Below are positions 10,992 through 21,447 of a stretch of 64,000 bases of DNA, in pieces (the stretch's first letter is position 1; each line of letters begins with the position of its first letter). The DNA is taken from the NCBI GenBank assembly GCA_017549185.1, contig JAFYVJ010000076.1, positions 25,048 to 89,047 on the forward strand, written 5' to 3'. The DNA comes from Roseburia sp. GTDB taxonomy: Bacteria > Bacillota > Clostridia > Lachnospirales > Lachnospiraceae. The notes beneath the pieces were generated by a model. That model was given only the letters and a program-made list of their open reading frames with translations, made no database searches and was not told where the DNA came from. The position numbers were made by a program, and so were the translations under genes.

Positions 10992-11026
10992 AGGGGTGCA
11001 TGGCAATTTATTTGCCATACACCCCT
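10992..11026 (-). terminator. Stem-loop downstream of apgM
   Basis: AGGGGTGCATGGCAA...TTGCCATACACCCCT inverted repeat. Confidence 0.6.
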
Positions 11027-11032
11027 AGCTTA

Positions 11033-12235
11033 CTACATTTCTAATAAATATTCAATCAACTTATGACCTTCTTCTATCAAGTTTCCAGATGCTTCTGCTT
11101 CCCGTTCATTATAGTACCCAATTTTCTTTCTTTGCTTTCTGCTATCATAAAGTAAGTATGGCACTTCCTCCGCAGAATGTGTACGAATGCAAATCGGAGT
11201 TGGATGATCCGGTAAAATTACCATTCTAAAATCTTCACCTGCTGCTTCTAAGCCCTCTACGATTGGTCGAATGATTTTCTCATCCAAATACTCAATCGCC
11301 TTCACTTTTTTCTCTACACTTCCCTGATGTCCCATCTCATCCGGTCCTTCCAAATGTACATATACAAAATCGTATCCGTCCTTTGTCAGCACATCTAATG
11401 CTGCCTGCGCTTTTCCTTCATAGTTTGTATCTAGACCACCGTTTGCACCTTCTACTTCAATAACTTTCATAGAAGTACCAACTGCAATACCTTTCAACAA
11501 ATCTACTGCGGAAATCATCGCACCTTTTACATGTGCACGCTCTTCAAACGGATAGAGAGATGGTTTGGTTCCTGCTCCCCAGAACCAACAGGAATTAGCA
11601 GGATTTAAACCTTTCTTCTTACGTTCGATGTTAATTGGATGATTTGCTAAAATATCATAGCTTCGCTTCATCATCTCACGAAGTTTTTCATTCTCAGGAA
11701 GTTTATCAGCAATATTCTGCCCTAACACATCATGCGGAGGCACCAAATCCACCACTTCACCTTTATCCCAAATCAGACAATGACGATAGCTGGTTCCTAC
11801 ATAAAACTTAAATTCTTCTGTCTCTAACTCTTTACGCACTGCCTCTAATAAAATAGCACATTCTTCCGTCTCTATTTCGCTCGAACTATGGTCAATAATC
11901 GTTCTCGCTTCATAATCGTCCTCTTCCTCAGATAATGTCACAATATTACAGCGAAGAGCAATATCGCTATCCTTCATTGGCACACCAATACTAAGTGCTT
12001 CTAATGGAGAACGCCCCGAATAATATTTCTTTGGATCATAACCTAATACAGATAAATTCGCTGTGTCACTTCCCGGTTTCATTCCGTCCGGGATTGTATG
12101 TACCATTCCGATTTCGCCCTTTGATGCAAGTTCGTCCATTTTCGGTGTGCTTGCATATTCCAAAGGAGTTTTGCCTCCAAGAACGTCAATCGGACGGTCT
12201 GCCATACCATCGCCTAATATTACTAAGTATTTCAT
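11033..12235 (-). CDS. apgM: Cofactor-independent phosphoglycerate mutase, ApgM type (proposed homoserine-kinase-like subgroup)
   Basis: GDGMAD, PGSDTANLSVLGYDP, DEMGH, PDHPTP...TH metalloenzyme motifs; directly downstream of hom. Confidence 0.85.
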   Translation of the reverse strand: MKYLVILGDGMADRPIDVLGGKTPLEYASTPKMDELASKGEIGMVHTIPDGMKPGSDTANLSVLGYDPKKYYSGRSPLEALSIGVPMKDSDIALRCNIVTLSEEEDDYEARTIIDHSSSEIETEECAILLEAVRKELETEEFKFYVGTSYRHCLIWDKGEVVDLVPPHDVLGQNIADKLPENEKLREMMKRSYDILANHPINIERKKKGLNPANSCWFWGAGTKPSLYPFEERAHVKGAMISAVDLLKGIAVGTSMKVIEVEGANGGLDTNYEGKAQAALDVLTKDGYDFVYVHLEGPDEMGHQGSVEKKVKAIEYLDEKIIRPIVEGLEAAGEDFRMVILPDHPTPICIRTHSAEEVPYLLYDSRKQRKKIGYYNEREAEASGNLIEEGHKLIEYLLEM

Positions 12236-12279
12236 AAACCGTCCTCTTTTCCCCCGGCATTTACTGCCGTGTTATATTT

Positions 12280-12433
12280 GTAACTATTCAGAGCCAAGGC
12301 AATTTTCATAAAATGTAGGCATTCAGCTTGCTGAAATGAATGCATTTTTGAAAATTTCTTTGGCAAGAAGCCAACATGAGCAAAAATACAGCCTCGCAGA
12401 GGCGATTTTGCGAATGGTGCACTGAATAGTTAT
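12280..12433. repeat. Intergenic palindromic element, longest copy (GTAACTATTCAG...CTGAATAGTTA family)
   Basis: Terminal inverted repeats shared with 46785, 50975 and 57208; subterminal sequence shared with 57208. Confidence 0.8.
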
Positions 12434-12438
12434 AGTTA

Positions 12439-13641
12439 CTATTTTACACGAATCATCTGAATCATATTCGTTAACTGTGAAGCATATTTTTCAAATTCAG
12501 CTTCAGACATTGACTCAGTCACAAAACCGATTTCATCAGAAACACCTTCCACTGTAACAAAATCAACCTGACCAAAAATATTTGTAACCGCATCAACAGA
12601 ATCACTGGTACGTACAAAGAATCTGCATTCAAAATCTTTATAATCCACCAATTCTAATTTTTCCTGTCTCCATTCAATCGGAATGTGTTTGTGCGGATGT
12701 TTTGCCATTTCAACAATATCTGCCACTACTGCACTGGCTGTTGGAAGTTTTCCTGCACCACTGCCATAAAACATCGCGTCGCCAAGTACATTGCCTTTTA
12801 CGAAAATGGCATTGAACACACCATTTACACTATACAATGGATGCTCTGCCTGCAACAAAAATGGTGCTACTATTGCCGCATAACCATTACCTACTTTTTT
12901 ACTAGTAGCAAGAAGCTTAATTGCTCGCCCCATCGTCTTTGCATATTTGATATCTGTGCTACTAATGTGTGATATACCTTCTGTATGAATATCTTCAAAA
13001 TCTACCTGCTGACCGCAAACCAAAGAAGTTAAAATTGCAATCTTTCTTCCTGCATCATAACCTTCTATATCTGCCGTCGGATCTTTTTCTGCATATCCTT
13101 TTGCCTGAGCATCTTTTAATACATCATCAAAATCCACGCCTTTTTCAGACATCTCGGTCATCATATAATTGGTAGTTCCGTTAACAATACCTGTAATTTC
13201 CTCAATCACGTCTGCAGTAAGGCAACTTTTCAACGGACGGATAATTGGAATACCGCCACCTACGCTGGCTTCAAACTGGAAGTTCACGTTTTTATTTTTT
13301 GCAAGTTCCAAAAGTTCTGCACCTTTTTCTGCAACTAATGCTTTGTTAGAAGTTGCTACATCTTTACCAGCCTCTAACATTGCCTTTACAAACGTATATG
13401 CAGGCTCTACACCGCCCATCGCTTCCACTACAATTGACACCTCAGGGTCTTCTGCGATAGTCTTGTAATCATGTACAATTTTACTCTGAATTGGGTCTCC
13501 CTCAAAATCTCTTAAATCTAATACATACTTTACTTCGATAGTATCTCCTACACGTTTTGCAATACTTTCTTTATTTATGGAAAGGACTTCCACCACACCT
13601 GAACCGATAGTACCAAATCCCATAACTGCTACTTTAATCAT
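12439..13641 (-). CDS. hom: Homoserine dehydrogenase
   Basis: GFGTIGSG, FEASVGGGIP, NGTTNY, GYAEKDPTADIEG, GAGKLPTASAV. Confidence 0.95.
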   Translation of the reverse strand: MIKVAVMGFGTIGSGVVEVLSINKESIAKRVGDTIEVKYVLDLRDFEGDPIQSKIVHDYKTIAEDPEVSIVVEAMGGVEPAYTFVKAMLEAGKDVATSNKALVAEKGAELLELAKNKNVNFQFEASVGGGIPIIRPLKSCLTADVIEEITGIVNGTTNYMMTEMSEKGVDFDDVLKDAQAKGYAEKDPTADIEGYDAGRKIAILTSLVCGQQVDFEDIHTEGISHISSTDIKYAKTMGRAIKLLATSKKVGNGYAAIVAPFLLQAEHPLYSVNGVFNAIFVKGNVLGDAMFYGSGAGKLPTASAVVADIVEMAKHPHKHIPIEWRQEKLELVDYKDFECRFFVRTSDSVDAVTNIFGQVDFVTVEGVSDEIGFVTESMSEAEFEKYASQLTNMIQMIRVK

Positions 13642-13649
13642 CTCGCCAC

Positions 13650-14114
13650 CTACTCTTTTCCTAATACTTTCACATAATGAACACCTGACTGTGATTCAAT
13701 GCTATTTACGATTTCCTCCAGCTCTCCTGATTCTGGAAGAAGATCTGCACTTAATGTCAAGGATGAGATTCCATTAATTGGAATACTTTGATGAATCGTC
13801 AATACATTTACTTTATGTTCTGCCAACACTCTGGATACTACCGATAAAATCCCCGGTTTATCGTCTAACTGCATCACCATTGTAACGGTTTTTCCTTTTT
13901 GTGTCTCACGATACGGAAAAATATCATCCTTATACTTATAAAAAGAACTTCTACTGATTCCTACCATCTCTGTAGCTTCCTGAACAGATGTAATCTTTCC
14001 GGAATCTAGAAGTCGCTTTGCCTCAATTACTTTTAAAAGTACTTCCGGCACTGCCTTCTCTTTCAGTACATAATACTGACCTTTTTCTATCATCGAACCT
14101 TTCTCCTCTATCAC
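13650..14114 (-). CDS. ACT-domain protein (PheB/ThrR-like regulator)
   Basis: HTH-like GISRSSFYKYKD plus ACT DKPGILS...NVLTIHQSIP; upstream of hom; start uncertain. Confidence 0.85.
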   Translation of the reverse strand: MIEEKGSMIEKGQYYVLKEKAVPEVLLKVIEAKRLLDSGKITSVQEATEMVGISRSSFYKYKDDIFPYRETQKGKTVTMVMQLDDKPGILSVVSRVLAEHKVNVLTIHQSIPINGISSLTLSADLLPESGELEEIVNSIESQSGVHYVKVLGKE

Positions 14115-14265
14115 ACGCGAGATAAAAATTCCCTATTTTGTTTTTCTCTCGCTTACATTTGTTCTCATACGGAAGATATTATCACAACAAGAATCGTAAA
14201 TCAATATGTTTTAAGGTATTTTGATATGAAATAATTTTATACTATATATAATGAAACGTTTCCAC

Positions 14266-15138
14266 TTAAAATCTGCGTCCACCGCCTCCATGGCTGCGTC
14301 CGCTGCTGCTACGATGGGTAGAACTGCGTCCACTACTATGACCACCACCGCTACGTCCACCGTTGTCAGTCTGAATGCGATGATGCGTTACATGCTGGCG
14401 TATGAAGCGATCCTCCTGACTGATCAGGTCTATTTTTCCATATTTCATGTAAGGGTAATCATAACGGCCACCCTTCATACTATAACTTTTTACTACAATG
14501 ATATAGATTGCCAAGCCAACACCCACTGCCAAAAACATCACCGGAACCACTTCCATCCATGTGAGTGTTCGATATTCTGAAATAGCTCCGGTCTCGACAT
14601 CTTCGTTGTATTGGTCTTGTGTAATACCTGAATCATAAAAATATTCAGCTGTACTAAGCATCGCAGATATACAGGATGCATATTCGCCCTCACTCACATA
14701 GTAAAAGCCTTCATCAAAAACACGTTCTATTCTCTCATCTGCCAGATAACGACTTGCTTTTCCAGAAGTTGAGATATAAATCTCACGATTATCCATGTCA
14801 ATCAATATAAGAATACCATCAGAATCTTCAGAAGTACATTCATCATAAAAATCATCCGCATATGCTTCTGATGATTTTCCCCCTGCATCATAAATAGTTA
14901 CTGCAAAAATATCCCAATCGGTTTTTTCTCGCATATCCGCAATCTGTCTCTCTAGTTCCGATGTTTCATCAGACGTCAGAAGTCCGGCATAATCATTGAC
15001 ATAGTTCACTACATTTGTACTATTTACACAATCTTCATCATTCACAAATTCTGTATCTGCCGCCCCAACCATAACAGATACAAGCATCATTATCATAACC
15101 AGACTATTTATTACTAATCTCTTTATCATTTTTCTCAT
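14266..15138 (-). CDS. TPM-domain membrane protein (YdjH-like)
   Basis: VNDYAGLLT, DGILILIDMDNREIYIST, TM segment, Gly/Ser-rich tail ending HGGGGRRF. Confidence 0.88.
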   Translation of the reverse strand: MRKMIKRLVINSLVMIMMLVSVMVGAADTEFVNDEDCVNSTNVVNYVNDYAGLLTSDETSELERQIADMREKTDWDIFAVTIYDAGGKSSEAYADDFYDECTSEDSDGILILIDMDNREIYISTSGKASRYLADERIERVFDEGFYYVSEGEYASCISAMLSTAEYFYDSGITQDQYNEDVETGAISEYRTLTWMEVVPVMFLAVGVGLAIYIIVVKSYSMKGGRYDYPYMKYGKIDLISQEDRFIRQHVTHHRIQTDNGGRSGGGHSSGRSSTHRSSSGRSHGGGGRRF

Positions 15139-16250
15139 GTCAGGAGTCCTCCTAACAGTCCAAGTATAAAAATCGCTGCAGATACAGCTCCACTTACCAA
15201 TGCAAGCTTCTTATGATCTACCGGAAGTTCACCGCAGACTTCTCCTGTCTGCCCATTCATGGAATAGTAATAAATCTTACCATTCTTTCCTTTATATGTA
15301 ATCGTCCACACAGGAAGCAGACAGTATGACCATTCCTCTCCTCTAAAACTCATCTGGGAATTCTCGATATTTACATAACTATACTTTATCGTATCACGCA
15401 TCATTTTATCCGTATAATTTTTTGCAAGTCCCTGCATAACCTCCATCAGACCATCTTTTTCAATATCACGTTTTTCTGCCATAAAACCTGACAGATATCC
15501 CATGTTAAAGTCCTGCATTTTTTCAAAATTATAAGGCATTACACCGCGTGCTAGTTCTGCATTGGCTTTTTGCAATGCATTCTCAGTAAGATTTGTCAAA
15601 GACACTACACCATGCCTACTGATATGATAATATTTTGTCTCTGTATAACGGATATCTCCGGTTGTCCAAACCCGGACATTCCTAGCATCTCCTTGCATCA
15701 TATTCTCTATATCAGCACTGTAATTCCAATACGGGAAATACACGCCTGTAATATTCTCAATCTGTTGCTTGCTAAAAAATGCTTTCGGTATAAACTTCTT
15801 TTTCCCAACATACTCTAAAAACTGCTTAACCGCCTCATCCTTAGTAATTTCAAACGGAATGATTTTATCCGGAAGAAATTCTCCCGACAATCTCCCACCT
15901 AAAATAACTGGATTATGACAATAGTAACAGAAGGTTGCCGCTGTAGTAGCATCTGTAATAATCTCTGCCCCACAGCTTGGACAAGTATACATAACCGCTT
16001 CTTCTTTCTTTGCTGTTCCAATTGAATTATCCTGAACATTTGCATCAAAATCTGCCTCTGTACTATCTGCTTCTCCCGCATAACCCGAAGAAGCACCAAG
16101 ATGTTTCTCGGTGCTTTCCTCTGGTGTCATTTCATCAAGTTCTTCTTGTGTAAATGTTGAAATACAATATTCACATTTATATTTTTGAGTAGCAGGATCA
16201 AAAATCAGTTCACCGTCGCAATTCGGACATTTAAAACTGATTACTGCCAT
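15135..16250 (-). CDS. Zinc-ribbon membrane-anchored protein (YdjG-like)
   Basis: CPNC/CEYC and CPSC/CYYC ribbons, NGQTGEV and a C-terminal TM segment. Confidence 0.8.
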   Translation of the reverse strand: MAVISFKCPNCDGELIFDPATQKYKCEYCISTFTQEELDEMTPEESTEKHLGASSGYAGEADSTEADFDANVQDNSIGTAKKEEAVMYTCPSCGAEIITDATTAATFCYYCHNPVILGGRLSGEFLPDKIIPFEITKDEAVKQFLEYVGKKKFIPKAFFSKQQIENITGVYFPYWNYSADIENMMQGDARNVRVWTTGDIRYTETKYYHISRHGVVSLTNLTENALQKANAELARGVMPYNFEKMQDFNMGYLSGFMAEKRDIEKDGLMEVMQGLAKNYTDKMMRDTIKYSYVNIENSQMSFRGEEWSYCLLPVWTITYKGKNGKIYYYSMNGQTGEVCGELPVDHKKLALVSGAVSAAIFILGLLGGLLT

Positions 16251-16252
16251 AT

Positions 16253-17521
16253 CTATTCCCTAGCCTTTCCACAATTACTACAGAATTTACCCTCGTTTAC
16301 CGCTCCACAAGTACAAGTCCATGGTCCCATTGGAGCCGGCTTACCACAATTACTGCAGAATTTACCTTCGTTCGCCTGTCCACACTCACATGTCCATACT
16401 TTCTTTGGTGCCGGAGCCGGTGTTCCACAGTTACTACAGAATTTTCCACTATTTGTCTGACCACATGCACAAGACCAACCATTTGCTACTGTCTGTCCTG
16501 TTGCCATACCAGCCGTCACATTCATATTCTGCATATCATTTGGTATCTGAAGTGAATTGAGTCCGCCTAATGTTGCATTCATGTTATTTAATCCCATACC
16601 TACACCCATAAACGCATTCATTGCACCAGCACTGTTAGATCCTGCATCTCGTACCCCTTCTGTGATATTCTTTATCGCCATACCACGCAGAACATTGAAA
16701 TCTGTGCCAAGCATTGCACCTTCATTTCTCATATTGATGAGTCTCTGTGATTCTTCATCATAAGAAATACTTGCAAGACCTACCGCCTGGATTTCCATAC
16801 CACGCATTTTTGACCATTCTTCATCTAAGATATTCGCCATGTATTTTCCAAGTTCTAACGCCTTAGAAGTCACATGCGAAATTCTGGTACCATCTGCTGA
16901 CATCTGATTGATTGCTGCCTGCAATGCCTGTAAAAACTCGTTCAAATACTGTTCGTTAATCTGCTCAATCTCAACTCTCTCGGCATTTCTTGGAATCGCT
17001 TCCGCATAAAACTGTAACGGATTAGTAATCTTAACAGAATATGTACCATGTGCTCTTAAGAATAGCTCTGCATTATAGAAACTATCAAAGTAATTAATAG
17101 GATTTCTTGTTCCAAATTTAATACCTTTAATCTCCTGCAAATTGATATAATATACTTTTTGTACTACCGGAGTCTCACCGCCAAACTTAATGCGGTTAAA
17201 TACCTCTTTTAAACTATCACCAAACTCACCATTGAACAAAGATGGCATGGATGAGTCACTTACCGTATAGTAGCCCGGCTCTGCTGTATAATCTACAACC
17301 TTACCTCCATCTACCAACAACATCATCTGATTATCATAAACATGAATGACAGAACCATTCGAAACTGTATTATCTGTTCCCTTTACATTCTGTCCTTTAC
17401 GAATTAATACACCATTTGTAAAAACGGTTCTCTCTCCCATATCGTTTGGTTCAAATACCTCCTGCCATGTATCGGCAAAAGCCTGACCAACAGCCCCTGT
17501 TATTGCTTTAATAATTCCCAT
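16253..17521 (-). CDS. SPFH/band-7 protein with C-terminal zinc ribbons (YdjI-like)
   Basis: IKFGTRNPINYFD...LRAHGTY core and three WxCxCG-N-GKFCSNCG repeats. Confidence 0.88.
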   Translation of the reverse strand: MGIIKAITGAVGQAFADTWQEVFEPNDMGERTVFTNGVLIRKGQNVKGTDNTVSNGSVIHVYDNQMMLLVDGGKVVDYTAEPGYYTVSDSSMPSLFNGEFGDSLKEVFNRIKFGGETPVVQKVYYINLQEIKGIKFGTRNPINYFDSFYNAELFLRAHGTYSVKITNPLQFYAEAIPRNAERVEIEQINEQYLNEFLQALQAAINQMSADGTRISHVTSKALELGKYMANILDEEWSKMRGMEIQAVGLASISYDEESQRLINMRNEGAMLGTDFNVLRGMAIKNITEGVRDAGSNSAGAMNAFMGVGMGLNNMNATLGGLNSLQIPNDMQNMNVTAGMATGQTVANGWSCACGQTNSGKFCSNCGTPAPAPKKVWTCECGQANEGKFCSNCGKPAPMGPWTCTCGAVNEGKFCSNCGKARE

Positions 17522-17525
17522 AATA

Positions 17526-17550
17526 TCCTCCTTGTTTTACGAAGCAAAAT
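17526..17550 (-). repeat. 25-bp RBS-containing repeat, copy 1
   Basis: TCCTCCTTGTTTTACGAAGCAAAAT identical to 23033-23057. Confidence 0.8.
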
Positions 17551-17587
17551 CCGAATCCTATGCTGTGGAGAGGATTTGTCCTCCTTG

Positions 17588-18725
17588 TTACTCTACATCA
17601 CTGTTCATATTCTTCGGACATCCTAGTGATAACCACTTTAAATATCCATTCATAAACAAATCAATTTTACCATCCATAACATTATCCACATTACCACTTT
17701 CCACACCGGTTCTGTGATCTTTTACCATCGTATATGGTTGCATAACATAAGAACGAATCTGATTACCCCAGCCGATTTCCGTCACTTCACCACGAATACC
17801 TGCTGCTTTTTCCATATTTTCCTGTTGTTTCAACAAATAAAGCTTTGCCTTTAACATCTGCATCGCTTTATCCTTATTCTGAAACTGCGAACGCTCATTC
17901 TGACACTGTACCACGATTCCAGTAGGGAAATGCGTAATACGAATCGCAGATGAAGTTTTATTAATATGCTGACCACCTGCACCACTAGAACGATACGTAT
18001 CAATTCGGATATCATCATCCTTAATCTCGATATCAATATCATCTTCAATATCCGGCATAACATCACAGGAAACAAATGATGTTTGTCTTTTTCCTGCTGC
18101 ATTAAACGGAGAAATACGCACCAGACGATGAACACCTTTTTCTGACTTCAAATAGCCATAGGCATTCTCGCCATTAATTTGGAACGTAATCGACTTAATA
18201 CCAGCTTCTTCACCATCCAGTGAATCTAATACTTCCAAAGAAAATCCCTTTGCATCTGCCCATCTGGAATACATACGAAACAGCATGGATGCCCAGTCAC
18301 AAGACTCTGTACCACCAGCACCAGCATGTAACGATAAAATCGCATTATCTTTATCATATTCTCCAGAAAGCAATGTCTTGATACGAATATTTTCATAAGT
18401 ACTGATAAATTCCTGCAATTCTGCTTCTATCTCTGGGATAAGACTCTCATCATTTTCCTCATATCCCATTTCAATGAGTGTTGCTATATCATCAAACTGT
18501 GTTGCCAGTTTCTCATAAGTCGCAACATCGTCCTTCATACTTTTTAATTCTTTCATTTTATTCTGCGAAACTACCGGATCATTCCAAAAATCTCCGGCTT
18601 CCATTTCACGCTCAAGTTCCTGGATACGCTGCTCTTTATTTACCAGGTCAAAGTGAATCCCTCACTTCCTGCAGCGGTTCTTTATAAGTATTCAATGCAA
18701 CTTTGAACTGATCAAGTTCTACCAC
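17588..18725 (-). CDS. prfB: Peptide chain release factor 2 (programmed +1 frameshift)
   Basis: GGQ and SPF motifs. ORF1 GTG(18725) VELDQFK...VRDSL ends in CTT TGA C (18653-18647), preceded by internal SD-like AGGGA, and continues in the +1 frame into the 338-aa ORF. Confidence 0.95.
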
Positions 18726-18840
18726 AGTATCACCTCTTTCTTGTTCTATATCTTGATTGTAAGCATTTTACAATTAATACGCAAATCTTTTTTACAAATC
18801 TTTTTCGCAATCATATTTTTCTACAGCTAGCCAGCTAATG

Positions 18841-20148
18841 CTACTCTTCTGCAAGCTCTACCATCAGCACTTCGATAGCTTTTAAAATCTGATTATCATA
18901 CTGTCTTTCGTATTCTTCACCTTCCGGATTCAAATATTCATATTCTAATTCAATATCCGGTTCAATACCAACCTCATGAATATAATTACCATTTGGGGTA
19001 AAATACCTATCCGTTGTAAGTTTTATCGCATCTCCATCCTGCAACGGAAAAATCGTCTGTACAATTCCCTTACCAAACGTAGTTGTACCGATTAACGTTC
19101 CATATTCATAATCTTTAATGGCTCCGGCAAAAATCTCGGATGCACTAGCACTATCTCCGTTAATTAACACTGCTATCGGTATATCCATATACTCTGTGTT
19201 ATCAGATGTATAATCCTGACGGTTTCCATGCTTATCCTCTCTATAAACGACTAAACCTTCCGGCAGAATCTTATCCAAAATATCCACAACAGAACCTACC
19301 ATTCCGCCCGGATTATAACGGACATCAAAAATTACCGCCTGCATACCCTGTGTTGTCAGGTCATCTATTGCCGCTTCAAACTGATTGGCTGTTTCTGTTT
19401 CGAATCCATCTATCAAAACATAACCTATTCCATTTTCAAGCATCTCATACTCTACACTTGGTAATGTAATATCTGCACGCATGACATCAAAAGATAAATA
19501 CTCTTCCGTAGCCGGGCGGTAAATCTCTAAATGTACTGTCGTTCCCTCTTCTCCCCTAATATGCTTAACCAGTTCAGACACTTCCATACTGGTAGCATCA
19601 ATATCCTCTACCGAAATAATAATGTCATCTTTTTTCAGTCCCGCTTCCTCAGAAGGAGTTCCTTCGTATACTTTCGTAACAGTCACCACCATCGTGTCCA
19701 AATTCTGACTCAGACCTGCACCGATACCATAATACTGTCCTGTTGTACTAAGCTGCAACTCTGTATAATCTTCTTCGCTATAGTAAACAGAATATGGATC
19801 TCCCAATCCCTTGATTAATCCTTCGTACATACTATCCCGCATTTCATCCTGATTCACGTCATTATAGTAATACACTTTTGTATACGCAGACAACTCATTA
19901 ATTTTATTAATTGCATCTTCATCTAAAATCAGGTTTATTCCTTCATCTTGTGCAATTGCCTGACTAACTTCCCGCCTCGCAAACACAATCTGCGTTCCTG
20001 TAGCCATACAGGTAATGCCAAGTACAAGCCCCACAACAAATATCGTAGCAAGTGCACCAAGCACAATTCCTAATCCAATCCTACTCTTTGACCTCTCCGA
20101 CAGCTCCTGCTGCCACATATCATATTGATGATTATCCTGATAGTCCAT
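18841..20148 (-). CDS. S41 carboxy-terminal processing protease (PDZ)
   Basis: TM anchor, DPYSVY, PDZ GIGA, DVRYNPGG, SASASEIFAGA, TFGKG. Confidence 0.92.
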   Translation of the reverse strand: MDYQDNHQYDMWQQELSERSKSRIGLGIVLGALATIFVVGLVLGITCMATGTQIVFARREVSQAIAQDEGINLILDEDAINKINELSAYTKVYYYNDVNQDEMRDSMYEGLIKGLGDPYSVYYSEEDYTELQLSTTGQYYGIGAGLSQNLDTMVVTVTKVYEGTPSEEAGLKKDDIIISVEDIDATSMEVSELVKHIRGEEGTTVHLEIYRPATEEYLSFDVMRADITLPSVEYEMLENGIGYVLIDGFETETANQFEAAIDDLTTQGMQAVIFDVRYNPGGMVGSVVDILDKILPEGLVVYREDKHGNRQDYTSDNTEYMDIPIAVLINGDSASASEIFAGAIKDYEYGTLIGTTTFGKGIVQTIFPLQDGDAIKLTTDRYFTPNGNYIHEVGIEPDIELEYEYLNPEGEEYERQYDNQILKAIEVLMVELAEE

Positions 20149-20189
20149 TCTAAAATCCCCCTATCTTTTATCTTATTACAATGTAATGT

Positions 20190-20221
20190 AAAAAATCCCT
20201 GTTATATAATAACAGGGATTC
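20190..20221 (-). terminator. Stem-loop after the M23 gene
   Basis: AAATCCCTGTTA...TAACAGGGATTT. Confidence 0.6.
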
Positions 20222-20246
20222 TATCAACTATAAATTATTTTGGTAT

Positions 20247-21437
20247 TTACGGTTTGGCTAAATATCCCCATGGACTTACATAAGTTCCGCTTAATGATAC
20301 ACCAAAATGCAGATGCGGTCCAGTAGAAATACCTGTGCTTCCCACTTTCGCAATCACTTCACCGCCGGCAACCACATCTCCTACATCTGCCAATAATTCA
20401 TTGCAATGCATATATACCGTGCAAAGTCCACCGCCATGGTCGATAGAAATATAATAACCTGCGGAACTGCTGTATCTTGAGATAATTACCTTTCCCGGAG
20501 CCACAGCCACAATCTTCGAACCTTTCGGTGCTCCGATATCGATTCCTTTGTGGTTAGAAGATGCACCTGCTGTTGGAGATGGTCTCGGGCCAAAATCACT
20601 GGTAACACGTTTGCTATCCGGAACCGGCCAGGTAAATGTCCCTGCATATGCTTCTCCCAAGCTACCACCATTTTCTAATAACACACGGATAATTTCCGCT
20701 ATAACCTCTTCCTGGGCCTGTACTTCCGCTGCAATCAAATCAGCTTCATCCTGTGCATCATCCAAATCAGCTTTTATAGCTGCCAACTCATTTTCTCTTT
20801 GAGCCATAACACTGGCTACATGCTCCTTTTCACGTTCCACATCACTTTTCATTGTTTCAAGTTCTGTACGTTCTTCTTCTAACTGCATCTCAAATGCTTC
20901 AATTTCTGCAACCGTATTCTTGTATTCTTCTAATTTTGCACGATCATACTTCTGAATCTGATTAATATATTCTGCTGAATTCAAAAAATCTGAAAGATTT
21001 TCTGCTGCCAAAAAAGACTCTAAATAAGATGTCTGTCCATACTCATACATATACTTGATACGCAACTTCATATCTGCATATTGCTTATCTGCAACATCCT
21101 GTGCATCCACAAGCTGCTCCTTCGTCTCTGCAATCTGCTGATTTTTAGCAATTAACATATTCTCCAATTCCGTAATTTTTGCTGAAATACTGGTCATACT
21201 TTTATTTAACGCAGATATTTTTCCTTTTACGTCACTTTGAGAATCTTTTAAATCATCTACTATATCTTCTGCCTTCTCTAACTGATCCTTCAGCTCATCT
21301 AATTCTTTCTGTGCATCGGAAAGTTCTGAACTACTTGGCTTTGTAGAAGTGGCAGACGCATGAACTGTCATGGAAACTCCTAATAGGAGCACCATGACAG
21401 CAGATAATACACGTTTTAAAAATCTTTGTTTTCTCAT
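20247..21437 (-). CDS. Coiled-coil M23 peptidase (EnvC/CwlO-like FtsEX partner)
   Basis: Signal peptide, coiled coil, HKGIDI, YMH and STGPHLHF; directly after ftsX. Confidence 0.9.
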   Translation of the reverse strand: MRKQRFLKRVLSAVMVLLLGVSMTVHASATSTKPSSSELSDAQKELDELKDQLEKAEDIVDDLKDSQSDVKGKISALNKSMTSISAKITELENMLIAKNQQIAETKEQLVDAQDVADKQYADMKLRIKYMYEYGQTSYLESFLAAENLSDFLNSAEYINQIQKYDRAKLEEYKNTVAEIEAFEMQLEEERTELETMKSDVEREKEHVASVMAQRENELAAIKADLDDAQDEADLIAAEVQAQEEVIAEIIRVLLENGGSLGEAYAGTFTWPVPDSKRVTSDFGPRPSPTAGASSNHKGIDIGAPKGSKIVAVAPGKVIISRYSSSAGYYISIDHGGGLCTVYMHCNELLADVGDVVAGGEVIAKVGSTGISTGPHLHFGVSLSGTYVSPWGYLAKP

Positions 21438-21447
21438 ATACCTCTAA

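Noticed and set aside
16253-16480. Regularly spaced near-repeats (CCACAATTACTACAGAATTTACC-like) as a CRISPR-like array
   Set aside because: They are the three zinc-ribbon coding repeats of the SPFH protein. No CRISPR array or cas gene was seen in the window.
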